Shown here piece after piece: positions 1 to 11,097 of a DNA stretch of 64,000 nt. Source of the DNA: Meyerozyma guilliermondii (taxonomy: Eukaryota); assembly GCA_051546255.1 (NCBI GenBank), contig CP128820.1, positions 868,001 to 932,000 on the forward strand, read 5' to 3'. Every line of letters begins with the position of its first letter. Position 1 is the first letter of the stretch. The position numbers and the translations under genes are program-made. Under the pieces are notes generated by a model. The model saw only the letters and a list, made by a program, of their open reading frames with translations. It ran no database searches and had not been told where the DNA came from.

Positions 1-692
1 AAGGCAGCAGTAATACGATAGTAGTTGTCAGCAATCAACTTAATCTGTTCCTCAGTAATGTAGTCCCCACAAAACGTTCTCAAGGAAAGAGCACACAATA
101 ATTCTCTAAATTCGGGGAAGAACTTGCGAGGACCATCGAAGTTCGTGAACTTTTCCAAATACTTGTCCATATACTTCTCTTGAACTGGGATATAGATCTC
201 AAGAGCTTTCAGTCTAAACAAGCCATTTAAGGATCTTCTGTAATCGGAATGTGCCTTTCCATCTAAAAATACCCAATTCGATGGTCGCAAAATCTTAACG
301 GCAACATCAACAACACAAGGTTTAACATATTTAGGAGAAGCCAAAATCTTTCTGGTCAAATCTCTGTCCGAGGCAATTACGACGAACTTATGAAAAATGG
401 AAACACACGATAAAGGACCAGAGTTCCACTTGGCCATATATTCCTCGAACTTTGGGTCTAAAGATTCAAGGAATGGGCCAATTATCGGCCACATTTTGAC
501 TCTTGGACCAGCTATGGAACCCTTACGCAACTGGTACATCACCTGGTCATAGGTAAATATCAAGACAACTGTCGTACAAAAAATCTGCACCCAAGTTAAG
601 TTCGTGAAGACATCGTTTACGTAACTTCCGACAGTTCCGCCAATTGGCGTACTATACATATCGGTAACTTGATTGGTACTGTTAACATCCAT
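1..692 (-). CDS. ERG5: C-22 sterol desaturase, cytochrome P450 CYP61 (5' part; runs off the window)
   Basis: Hand translation from ATG 692 (not in ORF track): MDVNSTNQ...YDQVMYQLRKGSIAGP...GPFLESLDPKFEEY..KWNSGPLSCVSIFHKFVVIASDRDL..PCVVDVAVKILRPSNWVFLDGKAH, characteristic of Erg5. Confidence 0.95.
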   Translation of the reverse strand, partial: MDVNSTNQVTDMYSTPIGGTVGSYVNDVFTNLTWVQIFCTTVVLIFTYDQVMYQLRKGSIAGPRVKMWPIIGPFLESLDPKFEEYMAKWNSGPLSCVSIFHKFVVIASDRDLTRKILASPKYVKPCVVDVAVKILRPSNWVFLDGKAHSDYRRSLNGLFRLKALEIYIPVQEKYMDKYLEKFTNFDGPRKFFPEFRELLCALSLRTFCGDYITEEQIKLIADNYYRITAA

Positions 693-795
693 ATTGACGT
701 AACACTAAATCCGAAGGTACCGCGTGAATGGTGGTAAAAGAAAGGGTGAGAATAAGAAAAACAATTATAAGGCCACAAAAAAACTTATCCGAGAG

Positions 796-809
796 TATAC
801 GATCGTATA
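796..809. promoter_or_regulatory. Palindromic double sterol-response element (Upc2-type TCGTATA x2)
   Basis: TATACGA-TCGTATA perfect palindrome ~105 bp upstream of the ERG5 ATG. Confidence 0.75.
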
Positions 810-890
810 AAATAGTCACGACATTTTAAAATGTCGCGCAGACGAGAATTTTTTTTGGGATGCCGCACTGCATTGGTTGCAACAGCATTT

Positions 891-2984
891 ATGGGGAAAA
901 GGAAATTGCAAGGTAATAAGAATGAACTCAATCGAAAGCGACTCAAAAATGAGCAGGATGCTTTGCTAGAGCAAGGTTTATTCGATAAAGCACTGTCTCA
1001 TACATCAGAACAAAAATGGGAAGACGTCGAGCAAGATTACGAGATGGTCCCAAGAGCATCTTACGATGATTCAAAAATTGTCGAGGGTTTGCCCACCAAG
1101 AATGCAGACGGAAAGATTACACGTAACTTGCGAAAGGTTGAGCTTGAAACTCACAAAAGTGAAGACGAAGCTGACCTCGAAACTGCAACTGAAGTTGAGA
1201 TAACACAAGAGGCAAACGAAGAGGAAAAAGATCCATATGCACATTTACCGCCTGCTGAGAGGCTCACGCTATTAAAGGAAGAAATAGCTGAACTATCTTC
1301 GTCTTTACTTGAGGACCCGGAAAGTAATTTCAAGAATTTAACAAGGTTGAGAAAAATGTCTGAATCGAAGAATTTTGCGACTAGTCAGTTGGCAACTTCA
1401 GCCTTAATACCTGTCTTCAAGGCTCTTGCTCCATCATATTGCATAAGACCGCTTACCGATGCCGAAAAGCGTGAGAAGGTAAGTAAGGAAGTTGCTCGTC
1501 TCCGTCAATTCGAGCAATCATTGGCAATGAACTACTGTCAATTTGTAGATCACTTGGCAACTTTGGCCAAGATTTCGGTTCTGAACTCGAGAAACAACAA
1601 AAGCATAACATCTCAGATGATCAAGCGAGGATCTTTAGCGTGTAAAGTTGCATGTGAATTAAGTACTTCATCCTTGCGTTTCTTTAATCATCGAAATGAG
1701 TTATTCAAACTAATTATCAGGCGTCTCAATAGAAGACCGCTGGATCCCGATGACCTCGAGGTTTTTAACAGGTGCTTGAGAACGCTTGAAACCCTTTTAA
1801 AAGAAGACGAAGAATCAGGTGAGATTTCTTTGGAAGTGACGAGATTGTTGTGCAAGACGTTGCGAGAAAAGAAGTTTCGAGTTGATGAATCCGTTATAAA
1901 CATTTTCTTGAGTTTGTCGCTTCTCAATGACTATGACCCTAATGGAAATAAAGAAGCTGATGATAAGCCGAAGTTGAAGAAAAAGGATAGAGTCCATTTG
2001 TCAAAAAAGGAGAGAAAAGCTAGAAAGGAAAGGATAGAGATAGAGGCAGAAATGAACAGAGCAGAACAAGTGGTCACCGCTGCCGAGCGAGAAAAGTTCC
2101 AAGCTCAAGCTTTGAAAGAATTGTTAACGTTGTACTTGAATATTTTGAAGGCAGGAGCTTTAGGAAGCGACAATGGGACTGCTACCAAGTTGATTGCCCC
2201 TGTTCTTGAGGGTCTCTCTAGATATGGTCGCATGGCTAATTTTGATCTTTTAGGAGACTTTTTAGAGGTTTTGAGAGAGATTCTTGACACCTCCATTGAA
2301 GAGTTGAATTCCGCAGGAGAAGGCGGGATCGATGATAACAATGACGACTCAAATCGCATGAAAGTTGTCTTGTTATGTGTTGTGACTTCTTTTTCTTTGG
2401 TTACTAACAATGCATCAGTGGGCAAACTTCCAATTTCATTGGATCTTTCTAAGTTTGTTACCTCACTATACACAATTATATCGGAAATCAGTCTTGATTG
2501 TGACTTAGAACTTTCCCTGAAATCATTGCGCTTAGCTGATCCACTTGCCGGTGATCGCCCGTTCAAGCCTTCGGTTAATGTCTCAACAAGAACGGAATTG
2601 TTGTTGCGTTGCCTTGATTCAATATTTTTTGGATCCAAAAATGGAACAGCGTCTCGTGCATCCGCATTCACCAAAAGATTGTACATCACTATTTTGCAGA
2701 CTCCAGAAAAGTCTTCATTGGCGTTGCTAAAATTCGTAGGGAAGCTAGTCTCCCGTTATGATGAGAGTATCAAGGGTTTGTGGAACACGGAAGAGCGTAT
2801 TGATGGTAACGGTGTTTACAACCTTGGCATTGAAAGAAATGGCATGATAGTTGACTTGGACAGAAGTAAAAGCGAAGCCGCGACGTTGTGGGAAAATGTT
2901 CTTTTAGATAAGCATTACAGTCCTATGGTACGAGATGGAGCTAGATCGTTGTTCAAAAACAGTAAGCTTCATGACAAGACTTAG
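891..2984 (+). CDS. NOC3: Nucleolar complex protein Noc3
   Basis: LKEEIAEL..LLEDPE, PSYCIRPLTDAEKREKVSKEVARLRQFEQSL, HLSKKERKARKE, C-terminal ATLWE..LL.KHYSP. Start taken at MGKRK (891); an upstream in-frame ATG exists at 831. Confidence 0.92.
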   Translation: MGKRKLQGNKNELNRKRLKNEQDALLEQGLFDKALSHTSEQKWEDVEQDYEMVPRASYDDSKIVEGLPTKNADGKITRNLRKVELETHKSEDEADLETATEVEITQEANEEEKDPYAHLPPAERLTLLKEEIAELSSSLLEDPESNFKNLTRLRKMSESKNFATSQLATSALIPVFKALAPSYCIRPLTDAEKREKVSKEVARLRQFEQSLAMNYCQFVDHLATLAKISVLNSRNNKSITSQMIKRGSLACKVACELSTSSLRFFNHRNELFKLIIRRLNRRPLDPDDLEVFNRCLRTLETLLKEDEESGEISLEVTRLLCKTLREKKFRVDESVINIFLSLSLLNDYDPNGNKEADDKPKLKKKDRVHLSKKERKARKERIEIEAEMNRAEQVVTAAEREKFQAQALKELLTLYLNILKAGALGSDNGTATKLIAPVLEGLSRYGRMANFDLLGDFLEVLREILDTSIEELNSAGEGGIDDNNDDSNRMKVVLLCVVTSFSLVTNNASVGKLPISLDLSKFVTSLYTIISEISLDCDLELSLKSLRLADPLAGDRPFKPSVNVSTRTELLLRCLDSIFFGSKNGTASRASAFTKRLYITILQTPEKSSLALLKFVGKLVSRYDESIKGLWNTEERIDGNGVYNLGIERNGMIVDLDRSKSEAATLWENVLLDKHYSPMVRDGARSLFKNSKLHDKT

Positions 2985-3068
2985 TGACGTTTAATATATT
3001 CATCAACTACTGTATCGAGCCGCGCGCATTTTCAACTTAGGTCAGGGATCCAGGATAACATAACAGTA

Positions 3069-4577
3069 ATGGATACCTGGCTCTTAGCATTTTTGATAAC
3101 TTTCGGAGTCTTGATACTCTTGGTTATCTTGCTTGCCTTGAAGTCATTATTGCTTGACGGCAGTGGTTCCGACTATTCTCTACTTCCGAATGATGATATA
3201 CCTACTCATGATATCCCTCGAGACTTTCTTAATGATGAGGAATCTATGAAGCAATTGGCTACTCAGTTTGATTTTGTTCAACTCTCGCCAGAGGAGCAAA
3301 CTGCATACTTGAAAGCGGAAGAGTATACTAAAACGCATCCTCCAAACTTTCACCACACGAGAGGAAAATCTTTTACACCAGAAGACGAATTTTTAATAAA
3401 GGATCGGGGCATCGCTGCATTCGAATTCGAGCAAGAGCATGATCTTCTTTCAGCGCGTTATTTGGTCGCCGACAGAACCGAGATTAACTTCCATAATAAT
3501 GATACTCCATATTCAACCGCTACCTCTGTCTTGAACTACTCACTTCCAGTCAAGAATAGAACATTTTCGGATACCGTCTATTTCGAGGTCAAGATATACG
3601 AATACCTAAGTGGGCCTGCTAACCCAAATGGCCATTTCGCAATTGGGCTCGTGACAAAGCCTTACCCATCTCATTTCAGACTTCCGGGGTATAACTCTTT
3701 TTCGATTGCATACGAATCTACTGGCAATTTGAAAATCAACAAACCATTTCCAACCCCACTTCAGCAGCATCAAGGTGAACAGAGCACATATAATGCACAG
3801 GTTTTGCCGCCTCTAGAGCAATCTGACATAGTCGGGTTTGGTTACTCTGTCTTATCGGGAACGATATTCATAACCAGAAATGGCCGAAAAATGATGGACA
3901 TCATGCAGGGTTGCTATGTTGACCTATATCCAGCTATAGGATGCTTCTCGACTAATGCAAAGTTTCTGGTCAATGTGGGGCAGCTTGGATTTGTGTGGGT
4001 TGAGGCCAATGTGCGTAAGTATGGCTTCGTGCCGACACACGATTTTAAGAAGATAGGTGGGGACAGAGGATTAGCAACCCTTCCTGATTACAACAACATC
4101 AACAAGGATAATAAGGACAAAGTTTTAGAGAAGGGAGAGGAGTTACCGCCAGAGTATCCTGAGGGGGAGTTGGATTTCTTCGGTCGTTCATCTCGTGAGC
4201 TTATTCGAGAGGGAACATCCTCGCGCTATCTTGAAGTTTCGGTACCTTCGGAGAAAGATGATAAGGTGGATGAGGCTAGTGATAATGGAGAACCCAAGGC
4301 TTCACTCGAAGGAAGCTCCCCAAGAGTTACTTACGATCCAGAAGACGTTATGGATGAAAGAGAGCGCGACTACGAACAAGCTACGACTCAGAGAGAGGAA
4401 ACACCACTGGGGGCTGCTAAGAATAGTGGGGAACTGCAAAATGCCAGCGATCTGCCGGTCATACCTAGTAATCCAGAACGATCCTCTTCCAGTTCTTCGC
4501 CTTCTGTGAAAAAAAGTGCTAAAAAGAAGAAAAAGTCGAAAGCGAAGTCCAAGAAGAGCGGGCGAAACAAGAAATAA
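3069..4577 (+). CDS. Ssh4/Ear1-family SPRY-domain Rsp5 adaptor
   Basis: N-terminal TM helix, SPRY core (YFEVKIYE..FAIGLVTKPYP.FRLPG), PY-like motifs LPDY and PPEY. Confidence 0.85.
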   Translation: MDTWLLAFLITFGVLILLVILLALKSLLLDGSGSDYSLLPNDDIPTHDIPRDFLNDEESMKQLATQFDFVQLSPEEQTAYLKAEEYTKTHPPNFHHTRGKSFTPEDEFLIKDRGIAAFEFEQEHDLLSARYLVADRTEINFHNNDTPYSTATSVLNYSLPVKNRTFSDTVYFEVKIYEYLSGPANPNGHFAIGLVTKPYPSHFRLPGYNSFSIAYESTGNLKINKPFPTPLQQHQGEQSTYNAQVLPPLEQSDIVGFGYSVLSGTIFITRNGRKMMDIMQGCYVDLYPAIGCFSTNAKFLVNVGQLGFVWVEANVRKYGFVPTHDFKKIGGDRGLATLPDYNNINKDNKDKVLEKGEELPPEYPEGELDFFGRSSRELIREGTSSRYLEVSVPSEKDDKVDEASDNGEPKASLEGSSPRVTYDPEDVMDERERDYEQATTQREETPLGAAKNSGELQNASDLPVIPSNPERSSSSSSPSVKKSAKKKKKSKAKSKKSGRNKK

Positions 4578-4692
4578 TTGAATAGGTCGTAGTTGCAATC
4601 AGAGGTATAATCAAAGCTATCCGCTGCTGAAATTAATGCATAGCATTATTTGGGATTTTTGCGAAATTGTATATTTTTACGCTTCTATGAGA

Positions 4693-5832
4693 TTAGGAAT
4701 ATTCTTCGCCCATGTGATCTTTGTACTTCACAGTTTGATTCGGTATATGATTATCAATGGCGTTTAAGGATGACTGAGGTAATTTTGTCTCGCTCATGTG
4801 ATCCCGATTCAAATTGGTGGTCGGCCCATTGGTGTTCAAACCGAAATGTTCAAGCCTGGGGCCACTTGTCGGACTCACATACATATCGCTCTTCGCCTTT
4901 CGATTCTTGGCAACTCCATTCACTCTGATACCCTTGATAGTTAGACCAGTCTCTTCAATGGGGAACTTTCTGGGTCTTCCTCTACGATCCTTACGCTTGA
5001 GCAATTCTTTGACTGCCTCATCATCCATGTCACGCAAATGCGTCACCTGTGTGAGCTGTCGAGAACCTTCCTGACCATTCATATGACCAAGAGATGAGTT
5101 GGGTGTTGAGGGATTAGACGATTCCTTCAATATTTTGTTGAGTTGCTTAAACCGAGGATGCGAGGAATCGATATACAGCTTAGTCGAAGGATCCAAAATA
5201 AGCTTTTTTGGCCTACCTCTTTTCTTCTTCACAAGCATAGTTCTCTCTTGAAACTTTTCTTGAGAGACATTGGGAATGGTCTGTGGCGGACTCTGACTGT
5301 CCTTCATTAATTCATCATGGCGTTGAGCTGGGGTATGATGATAGGGTATTTGCATTTGCTGCTGGAAATGCTGAGGGTACTGAAGTTGTTGTTGATACTG
5401 CGATATCTGAGGTTGAGCTGGCTGTTGTAACCGAGGAGGAGCAGGATTGTGAATTTGGGATTGTGCAGCTTGCATTTGTGGCTGATATTGAGGAGGGATT
5501 TGTTGCATAGGGGGTTGAATTTGGGACAGCATTTGAGTGCTCAGACCTGAGAGTTGCTGCATATGCTGAATCTGTTGCATCTGCTGAAGCTGCTGCATCT
5601 GTTGCATTTGTTGTGCTTGTTGCATTTGTTGAAGTTGTTGATACTGTTGCATCGACATTGACGGAGGGATACCAAGTGGGTTCATACCGTTACCAGCATA
5701 ACCAACTCTTGAATGTAGGATGTTTGCAGTCGGGATAGTAGTATTAGATGTTTCACCTTGCCCTCCGTGGTTGGGAACTTGCGCTCCATTTCGATCTATC
5801 TGATCGTTGTAGCCAGGGGACGGAAGATACAT
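4693..5832 (-). CDS. Gln-rich protein with two AT-hook motifs, putative chromatin/transcription factor
   Basis: KKKRGRPKK and RRGRPRKF motifs, QQMQQ repeats; first ATG at 5832. Confidence 0.75.
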   Translation of the reverse strand: MYLPSPGYNDQIDRNGAQVPNHGGQGETSNTTIPTANILHSRVGYAGNGMNPLGIPPSMSMQQYQQLQQMQQAQQMQQMQQLQQMQQIQHMQQLSGLSTQMLSQIQPPMQQIPPQYQPQMQAAQSQIHNPAPPRLQQPAQPQISQYQQQLQYPQHFQQQMQIPYHHTPAQRHDELMKDSQSPPQTIPNVSQEKFQERTMLVKKKRGRPKKLILDPSTKLYIDSSHPRFKQLNKILKESSNPSTPNSSLGHMNGQEGSRQLTQVTHLRDMDDEAVKELLKRKDRRGRPRKFPIEETGLTIKGIRVNGVAKNRKAKSDMYVSPTSGPRLEHFGLNTNGPTTNLNRDHMSETKLPQSSLNAIDNHIPNQTVKYKDHMGEEYS

Positions 5833-6118
5833 AAGCGAAGGAAGAATACGTGAGCTCAAACTTCAGAGCTGTTGCAACCTATAAGAAGTACACAACTTCT
5901 ATGGCTGTTCTTATGCGTTTAGCTTCTATAATGATCTAGTATATTTGCAACTAGTAGATGAAAACCAAAAAAAAAAATAAGTTCAAAAAAAAAATAATTT
6001 AAAAAAAATAATGGGCGAAGGTGGATGGATGGGTAAACGAGAAAGCGGCTGCAAGATTTCCAACAGAGTATCATTACAAGTACGCCCACACAGATTCGTT
6101 CGTCTATTACTATTATAA

Positions 6119-7417
6119 TTATGCCACTACTAACTCTTTGGGGGGAATAATCGTGAGTAAGTTATCCTCAAAGTTGTTCACAAAAAGGGCTGAATCTACA
6201 AGTCCCTCATCAAACTTTACATCAAACTTGACGCTGACGTTGCGGGACTCTGATCCTTCAGGCACGTCTTTGATGACGCTCGAGGGAGTACCAATAATTT
6301 CATCAAAAAGGTCACCAGAAGGAGTTATGTTTGATAATGAAGTTTTCTTGAAGTCGAAACTCAAATTTTGCACCTGAAAGCGGGGTCTTGTGACAGGTGG
6401 AGAAACGATGTCATCAAAAAGGTCAGAAGAGGGCCCCAACAATGATGGAGAAGGAGTGGTCGCAAATTCGGGGAATCTCTCAGCATATGCAAGCTGCTTT
6501 GCGTCTTGAAGAGCTCTCTCGAAATCAAGCATGAAGTCTGAAGTTGTAAGTTCATCATTTAATTCGTATACTGCATTGAACGACACAACATTCGAAGGTT
6601 TCAAATCTGCAACTTCCTCCTTCTTTGGTTCTTGCTTTGGAGCTTCAGGTTGTGCGATTTGAATGTTTGACAAGTCCAAATGTTCTCTCAGCGAGATGAA
6701 TTTAGCAACATTTTCAACAGACTCACTCGAAATGCGACCTAAATAGGCCAATACGTCACCTTTCAATAATCTGCCCTTGGGGCCAGAAGCAGGGATCTTC
6801 TCTAATGCATCTTCAACTGAAATTTCGTTTTCATGTAGAAGTAATTCCACCGAGGGAAAGAGCTTTTGATGGGGGTTAGCGCTTTTGAAAATACCTGAAT
6901 TCTTGTTCTTTTCTGATTTGGAGGATGAAGGCTCACTCTGAGTTTTAGTGTCCTTTGCTTGAGATGATTGTGCAGCGGTGGAACTTTTCTTTTCGGACTT
7001 CTCTTCTTTGGTCTGTTCCTTGTTCGAACTTTGCTCTTCCTTGGGCTTCTCTAAAGTAGCTAGGTCGTCTCCTGGCTCAGCCAAATAGGCAATGGTCTTA
7101 CCAACAGGTATACCCGAAGCACCTTCTTGTTCTAACACCTCCCACATTATCCCATCGTCCAGAGCCTCCACATCAATAGTAGCCTTGTCTGTCTCGACTT
7201 CGAGCAAAACGTCACCGGCTGAAAATTTGTCGCCTGCTTTCACTTTCCATGATACGATTCCTCCTTCAGTCATAGTTGGAGACATTGCAGGCATCTTAAA
7301 CAGAGACGCCGCATTTAAGCATGCCGAGATGCGGAATCGACGAGTGGCACCACGCATGAGCGACAGGGAAGCGCCTATGCGTATGGGATTGGCGACTACT
7401 TTGTACATGTTATTCAC
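6119..7417 (-). CDS. PDX1: Pyruvate dehydrogenase complex protein X (E3-binding protein)
   Basis: Mitochondrial presequence, lipoyl domain MPAMSPTMTEG..ETDKA, E3-binding ASGPKGRLLKGDVLAYLG, no acetyltransferase catalytic domain. Confidence 0.92.
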   Translation of the reverse strand: MNNMYKVVANPIRIGASLSLMRGATRRFRISACLNAASLFKMPAMSPTMTEGGIVSWKVKAGDKFSAGDVLLEVETDKATIDVEALDDGIMWEVLEQEGASGIPVGKTIAYLAEPGDDLATLEKPKEEQSSNKEQTKEEKSEKKSSTAAQSSQAKDTKTQSEPSSSKSEKNKNSGIFKSANPHQKLFPSVELLLHENEISVEDALEKIPASGPKGRLLKGDVLAYLGRISSESVENVAKFISLREHLDLSNIQIAQPEAPKQEPKKEEVADLKPSNVVSFNAVYELNDELTTSDFMLDFERALQDAKQLAYAERFPEFATTPSPSLLGPSSDLFDDIVSPPVTRPRFQVQNLSFDFKKTSLSNITPSGDLFDEIIGTPSSVIKDVPEGSESRNVSVKFDVKFDEGLVDSALFVNNFEDNLLTIIPPKELVVA

Positions 7418-8127
7418 TAGGAAACCTTTCTACGCGGATAAATATCACCGATCGGAATGTTCAACCCCGGTAGATACACGTGACATGAGTCACACGCTCA
7501 TATGGGTTGCAAAATGCTTTCCCACTTATCAGCTGCAAATGCTGAACTACCTTGAATGATAATACACAAATAGTTGGCTAAGGGCAATTCAACCATTTAA
7601 ATATTTATTGATTATTACGCATTCCTTTACCCAAGGCTCTATTGTTAATAGCACTATCGACGAGGACCTGAAATTCAATGACACTGCTGGGAACATTGTG
7701 GCTCAAAAGCTAGCATCGAACTTGAACGGGTGAAATCTTACTCATTCGCTGGCGATTGCAGTGTAAATGTCGAAAAATATGCTGGATGGCCCCCAATTGA
7801 CATACAAAACCTCAAGTATTCAATGCTTTGACATATGAGGCGATATGTATCTGGAAAGGGTTCAAGAGTATTGCAGCATTGGTTTCAGTTGATTCAAAAA
7901 AAGGCTTGATTGTTGTCTTGACGGCAATATTGAGATGAACCCATCTACGAGCACGTAGCGCTTCGAGCGATTTTATTCTTTTGTCTTTGGTTATCGACTG
8001 TGCATTAACTTTACCGCCATACTCAATCTCTATTTTCGTTTGTGGTTTTTACCACTCGGGAAGAATCCAAACGAGTCCAATATGCATCAACACTACGCCG
8101 CACGTCAAAATTTACCAAGAATGACAA

Positions 8128-8430
8128 TTGCAAAACGCAACCTTGCCCCCTCTTAAAGTCAGCGAGTTGAAAATTAAAATCAATATGGATCATCTGTACA
8201 CTTTTGACTCGCCATCCATGACCCACTCTCCTATGATCAACTATAGAAAGGACGCCAAGAAAGGTGTGAAATTCACTTTTATGGTTGTGGGGGAAAATCT
8301 ACGTTTATAAATGCTCTCGTCAACAAGCCAGGAATAATTCTTGATTGGTATGACAGATCGTTGTTCAAATCACCAATCTCATGATTAATTGTTACTCCTT
8401 GTGATGCAGAAAGGACACTCACTTTATGAA
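8128..8430 (+). pseudogene. Degenerate septin gene relic (Sep7/Shs1/Spr28-like)
   Basis: SPMINYRKDAKKGVKFTFMVVGE, then a frameshift into KSTFINALVNK; P-loop core missing; stop at 8382. Confidence 0.8.
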
Positions 8431-9099
8431 CATTAACGGAAGTACTGTAGCCAAGATCTAGGCATTCCAAAGACAAGATTCCACCGTAGGGGTGGTATAT
8501 AGTTTCTAGTGTAACTCGAAATCTTCGATATGATTGCCGGTGGCACCCTAGTAGACTTCACATACCTGCGAGGTAAGAATAAGATATCCTTCGTATAACG
8601 AATGGACACACAATTTTCAAATTGATTGTCTTGACCACAGGTATCTTATCATCAAGGGCTCTCGATATACATCGATTTCACCAGCCGAAAGCTGAAAACT
8701 CAAAACTGTTTGCTTCGCTATTGCTTCCTCTTTACGCACCATATAACTCATGCACCATATGTAGGAAAGACACAGGGCCACACGAGGGTCGCACGACTCG
8801 GCAGATCGGAGAGAAACGCCGGGCTCACAGATGCGATTTCTTTGCGGCTGTCACTATTAAACAAAAGTTTCATTTTAACTATTACCCATATTATCCTTAC
8901 GCCCAGCTCGTTCGCTTCAAATACAAACATAGTTGACTCTCCGGTACTTGATAAGCTACTTATATACCGCGTTTTCTTGGTTGCATCACATCTACCCATT
9001 CCATTTTGAGGTTGCCATAGCCTACATTGAAGCCCATCGAGCTTTGACAAATTTTACTCATATCACTATAAAACGTATACGTTACACTCCTACACAGTA

Positions 9100-10974
9100 A
9101 TGCGACTGTTTGGATGGCATGAGGTCACCTCAGTGCTAAAAAAGTACATGAAGTTTATCGGCCCCGGGCTTATGGTTTCGGTGGCATACATGGATCCTGG
9201 AAATTATTCGACGGCTGTAGCAGCAGGAGCGGCCTACAAATACAATCTTTTATTCCTGATTTTTCTCCTGAATTGCTTGGCTATTTTCCTACAGATCCTT
9301 TCAGCTAAACTTGGCGCAGTGACGGGTCTTGACCTTGCTGCCAACTGTCGAGCAAATTTACCATTCAAGATCAATATTATTGTGTACATATTGGCGGAAA
9401 TTGCCATCATAGCTACCGACTTGGCCGAAGTGGTTGGTACGGCCATCGCTTTGAATATCATTTTCGGTCTACCACTTTTCTTTGGCGTTATTGTCACGGT
9501 TGTTGATGTTCTCATTGTGTTGATGGCTTACCGACCTAAGGGCCCCCTACTTTTCATTCGCATCTTCGAGTCATTTGTTTCTGTCCTTGTTGGGGCAACC
9601 GTGGTATGCTTCGCAATCGAGCTTTACGCAGTGTCACACGACAGCGGTATCAACTTCTCTTTGAAGGAGGTGTTTTTGGGGTTCCTTCCAAACGAAAAAG
9701 TAGTCGACATGAAGGAGCGGGACGGTGGAAACGGATTGTTTCTTAGTTTGGCCATTCTTGGTGCAACAGTTATGCCTCACTCCTTATACTTGGGTTCTGG
9801 TCTTGTACAAGCCAGACTAAAGGATTTTGACATTAAGCATGGTTATTACATTCCCAATGAGCTGCACGAAGAGACCCCCGAGCAAGAACAGAGTGACTCG
9901 CTTAATGCTTCAGTACACAAGAATGATGAAGAGGAAGATGACGACTACAGACCATCAATCCATGCGATTGATGACACCATGTCTTACACAATAATGGAGT
10001 TGGTTGTATCGTTGTTCACCGTTGCGTTGTTCGTCAATGCAGCTATTCTCATAGTGGCAGGTTCCACGCTCAATCCTCAGAATAAGAGAGATGACCATGA
10101 TGATGATTCAGACACTGACGATGACGATGACCATAAAAAATATCAGAACGCTGACTTGTTCACAATCTACCATCTCCTTTCTACCCATTTATCACCTACA
10201 GCAGGGTTTGTCTTCGCGCTTGCTTTGCTTTGCTCGGGCCAAAGTGCCGGAGTGGTTTGTACTTTGGCAGGTCAAATGGTGCTGGAAGGCTTCTTACTGT
10301 GGTCGTTACCTCCCGTTACTCGTCGGTTAATTACCAGAGGATTGGCAATCGTGCCATGTCTCGTTGTGGTCACAATGGCTGGACGTGAGGGATTATCAAA
10401 CGTTCTCAACGTGAGTCAGGTTGTTCTTTCCGTATTGTTGCCAGCAGTAACTGCTCCTTTGATTATTTTCACTTGCTCGAAGGAAATCATGAGAGTTCCG
10501 ATTTTCTTACGTGACGGTGAGGAAGACTCTGATATTCCTGTGGAAACAGATGAAATCTTCAATCTGACATCGAGAGCATCTACTTTGGTTGAGAGTCCTT
10601 ATTCCACTACACAAAAAAACAAACGCTTCAAGAGTACCGAACCTGCAATCAAGCTACAAGATTTGCGAAATTCACATCCATGCGCTGGCTGGGATGACGA
10701 CGACGAAATGCTGTCTGAAGAACACCAAAGACTTGTACAAGCAGCCGATAGAGCTGCCGCGGGACCAGATGTTCCAACTAATCCAATCGAGTATACCGCA
10801 TCCAATGCTCGTCCAAGAAACAACTCAATGGATATTCACCGGGTTGTTGGATACAAAGATATGAGTAATGGGCCACTCATGTCATTTACTGCCATCCTCA
10901 TTTGGGGGTTTGTCACATGCTTGAACCTTTACCTCATAGGTAATTTGGTGTTAGGTTATGACACTCCACTTTGA
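9100..10974 (+). CDS. SMF2: NRAMP-family Mn/Fe transporter
   Basis: AYMDPGNYSTAVAAG, ILGATVMPHSLYLGS, SGQSAGVVCTLAGQ; multiple TM segments; N-terminus most like the Smf2 subfamily. Confidence 0.85.
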   Translation: MRLFGWHEVTSVLKKYMKFIGPGLMVSVAYMDPGNYSTAVAAGAAYKYNLLFLIFLLNCLAIFLQILSAKLGAVTGLDLAANCRANLPFKINIIVYILAEIAIIATDLAEVVGTAIALNIIFGLPLFFGVIVTVVDVLIVLMAYRPKGPLLFIRIFESFVSVLVGATVVCFAIELYAVSHDSGINFSLKEVFLGFLPNEKVVDMKERDGGNGLFLSLAILGATVMPHSLYLGSGLVQARLKDFDIKHGYYIPNELHEETPEQEQSDSLNASVHKNDEEEDDDYRPSIHAIDDTMSYTIMELVVSLFTVALFVNAAILIVAGSTLNPQNKRDDHDDDSDTDDDDDHKKYQNADLFTIYHLLSTHLSPTAGFVFALALLCSGQSAGVVCTLAGQMVLEGFLLWSLPPVTRRLITRGLAIVPCLVVVTMAGREGLSNVLNVSQVVLSVLLPAVTAPLIIFTCSKEIMRVPIFLRDGEEDSDIPVETDEIFNLTSRASTLVESPYSTTQKNKRFKSTEPAIKLQDLRNSHPCAGWDDDDEMLSEEHQRLVQAADRAAAGPDVPTNPIEYTASNARPRNNSMDIHRVVGYKDMSNGPLMSFTAILIWGFVTCLNLYLIGNLVLGYDTPL

Positions 10975-11097
10975 GATCGCACATATACTTTTAACCTTTT
11001 TGCGCGCGGTTCGCACATGCAATGTGGGGTAGAGATTCATAGATAATGCCTAAAGATACGTCATAAAATATTTTGTAGGATAAAAATAACGGCTTCA

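Noticed and set aside
7600..7960. Coding-looking fragments (QGSIVNSTIDED..) upstream of the septin relic
   Set aside because: Short, interrupted by stops, no family recognised
8622..9050. Three ~100-aa overlapping ORFs upstream of SMF2
   Set aside because: TTG starts, no domain features; likely promoter sequence
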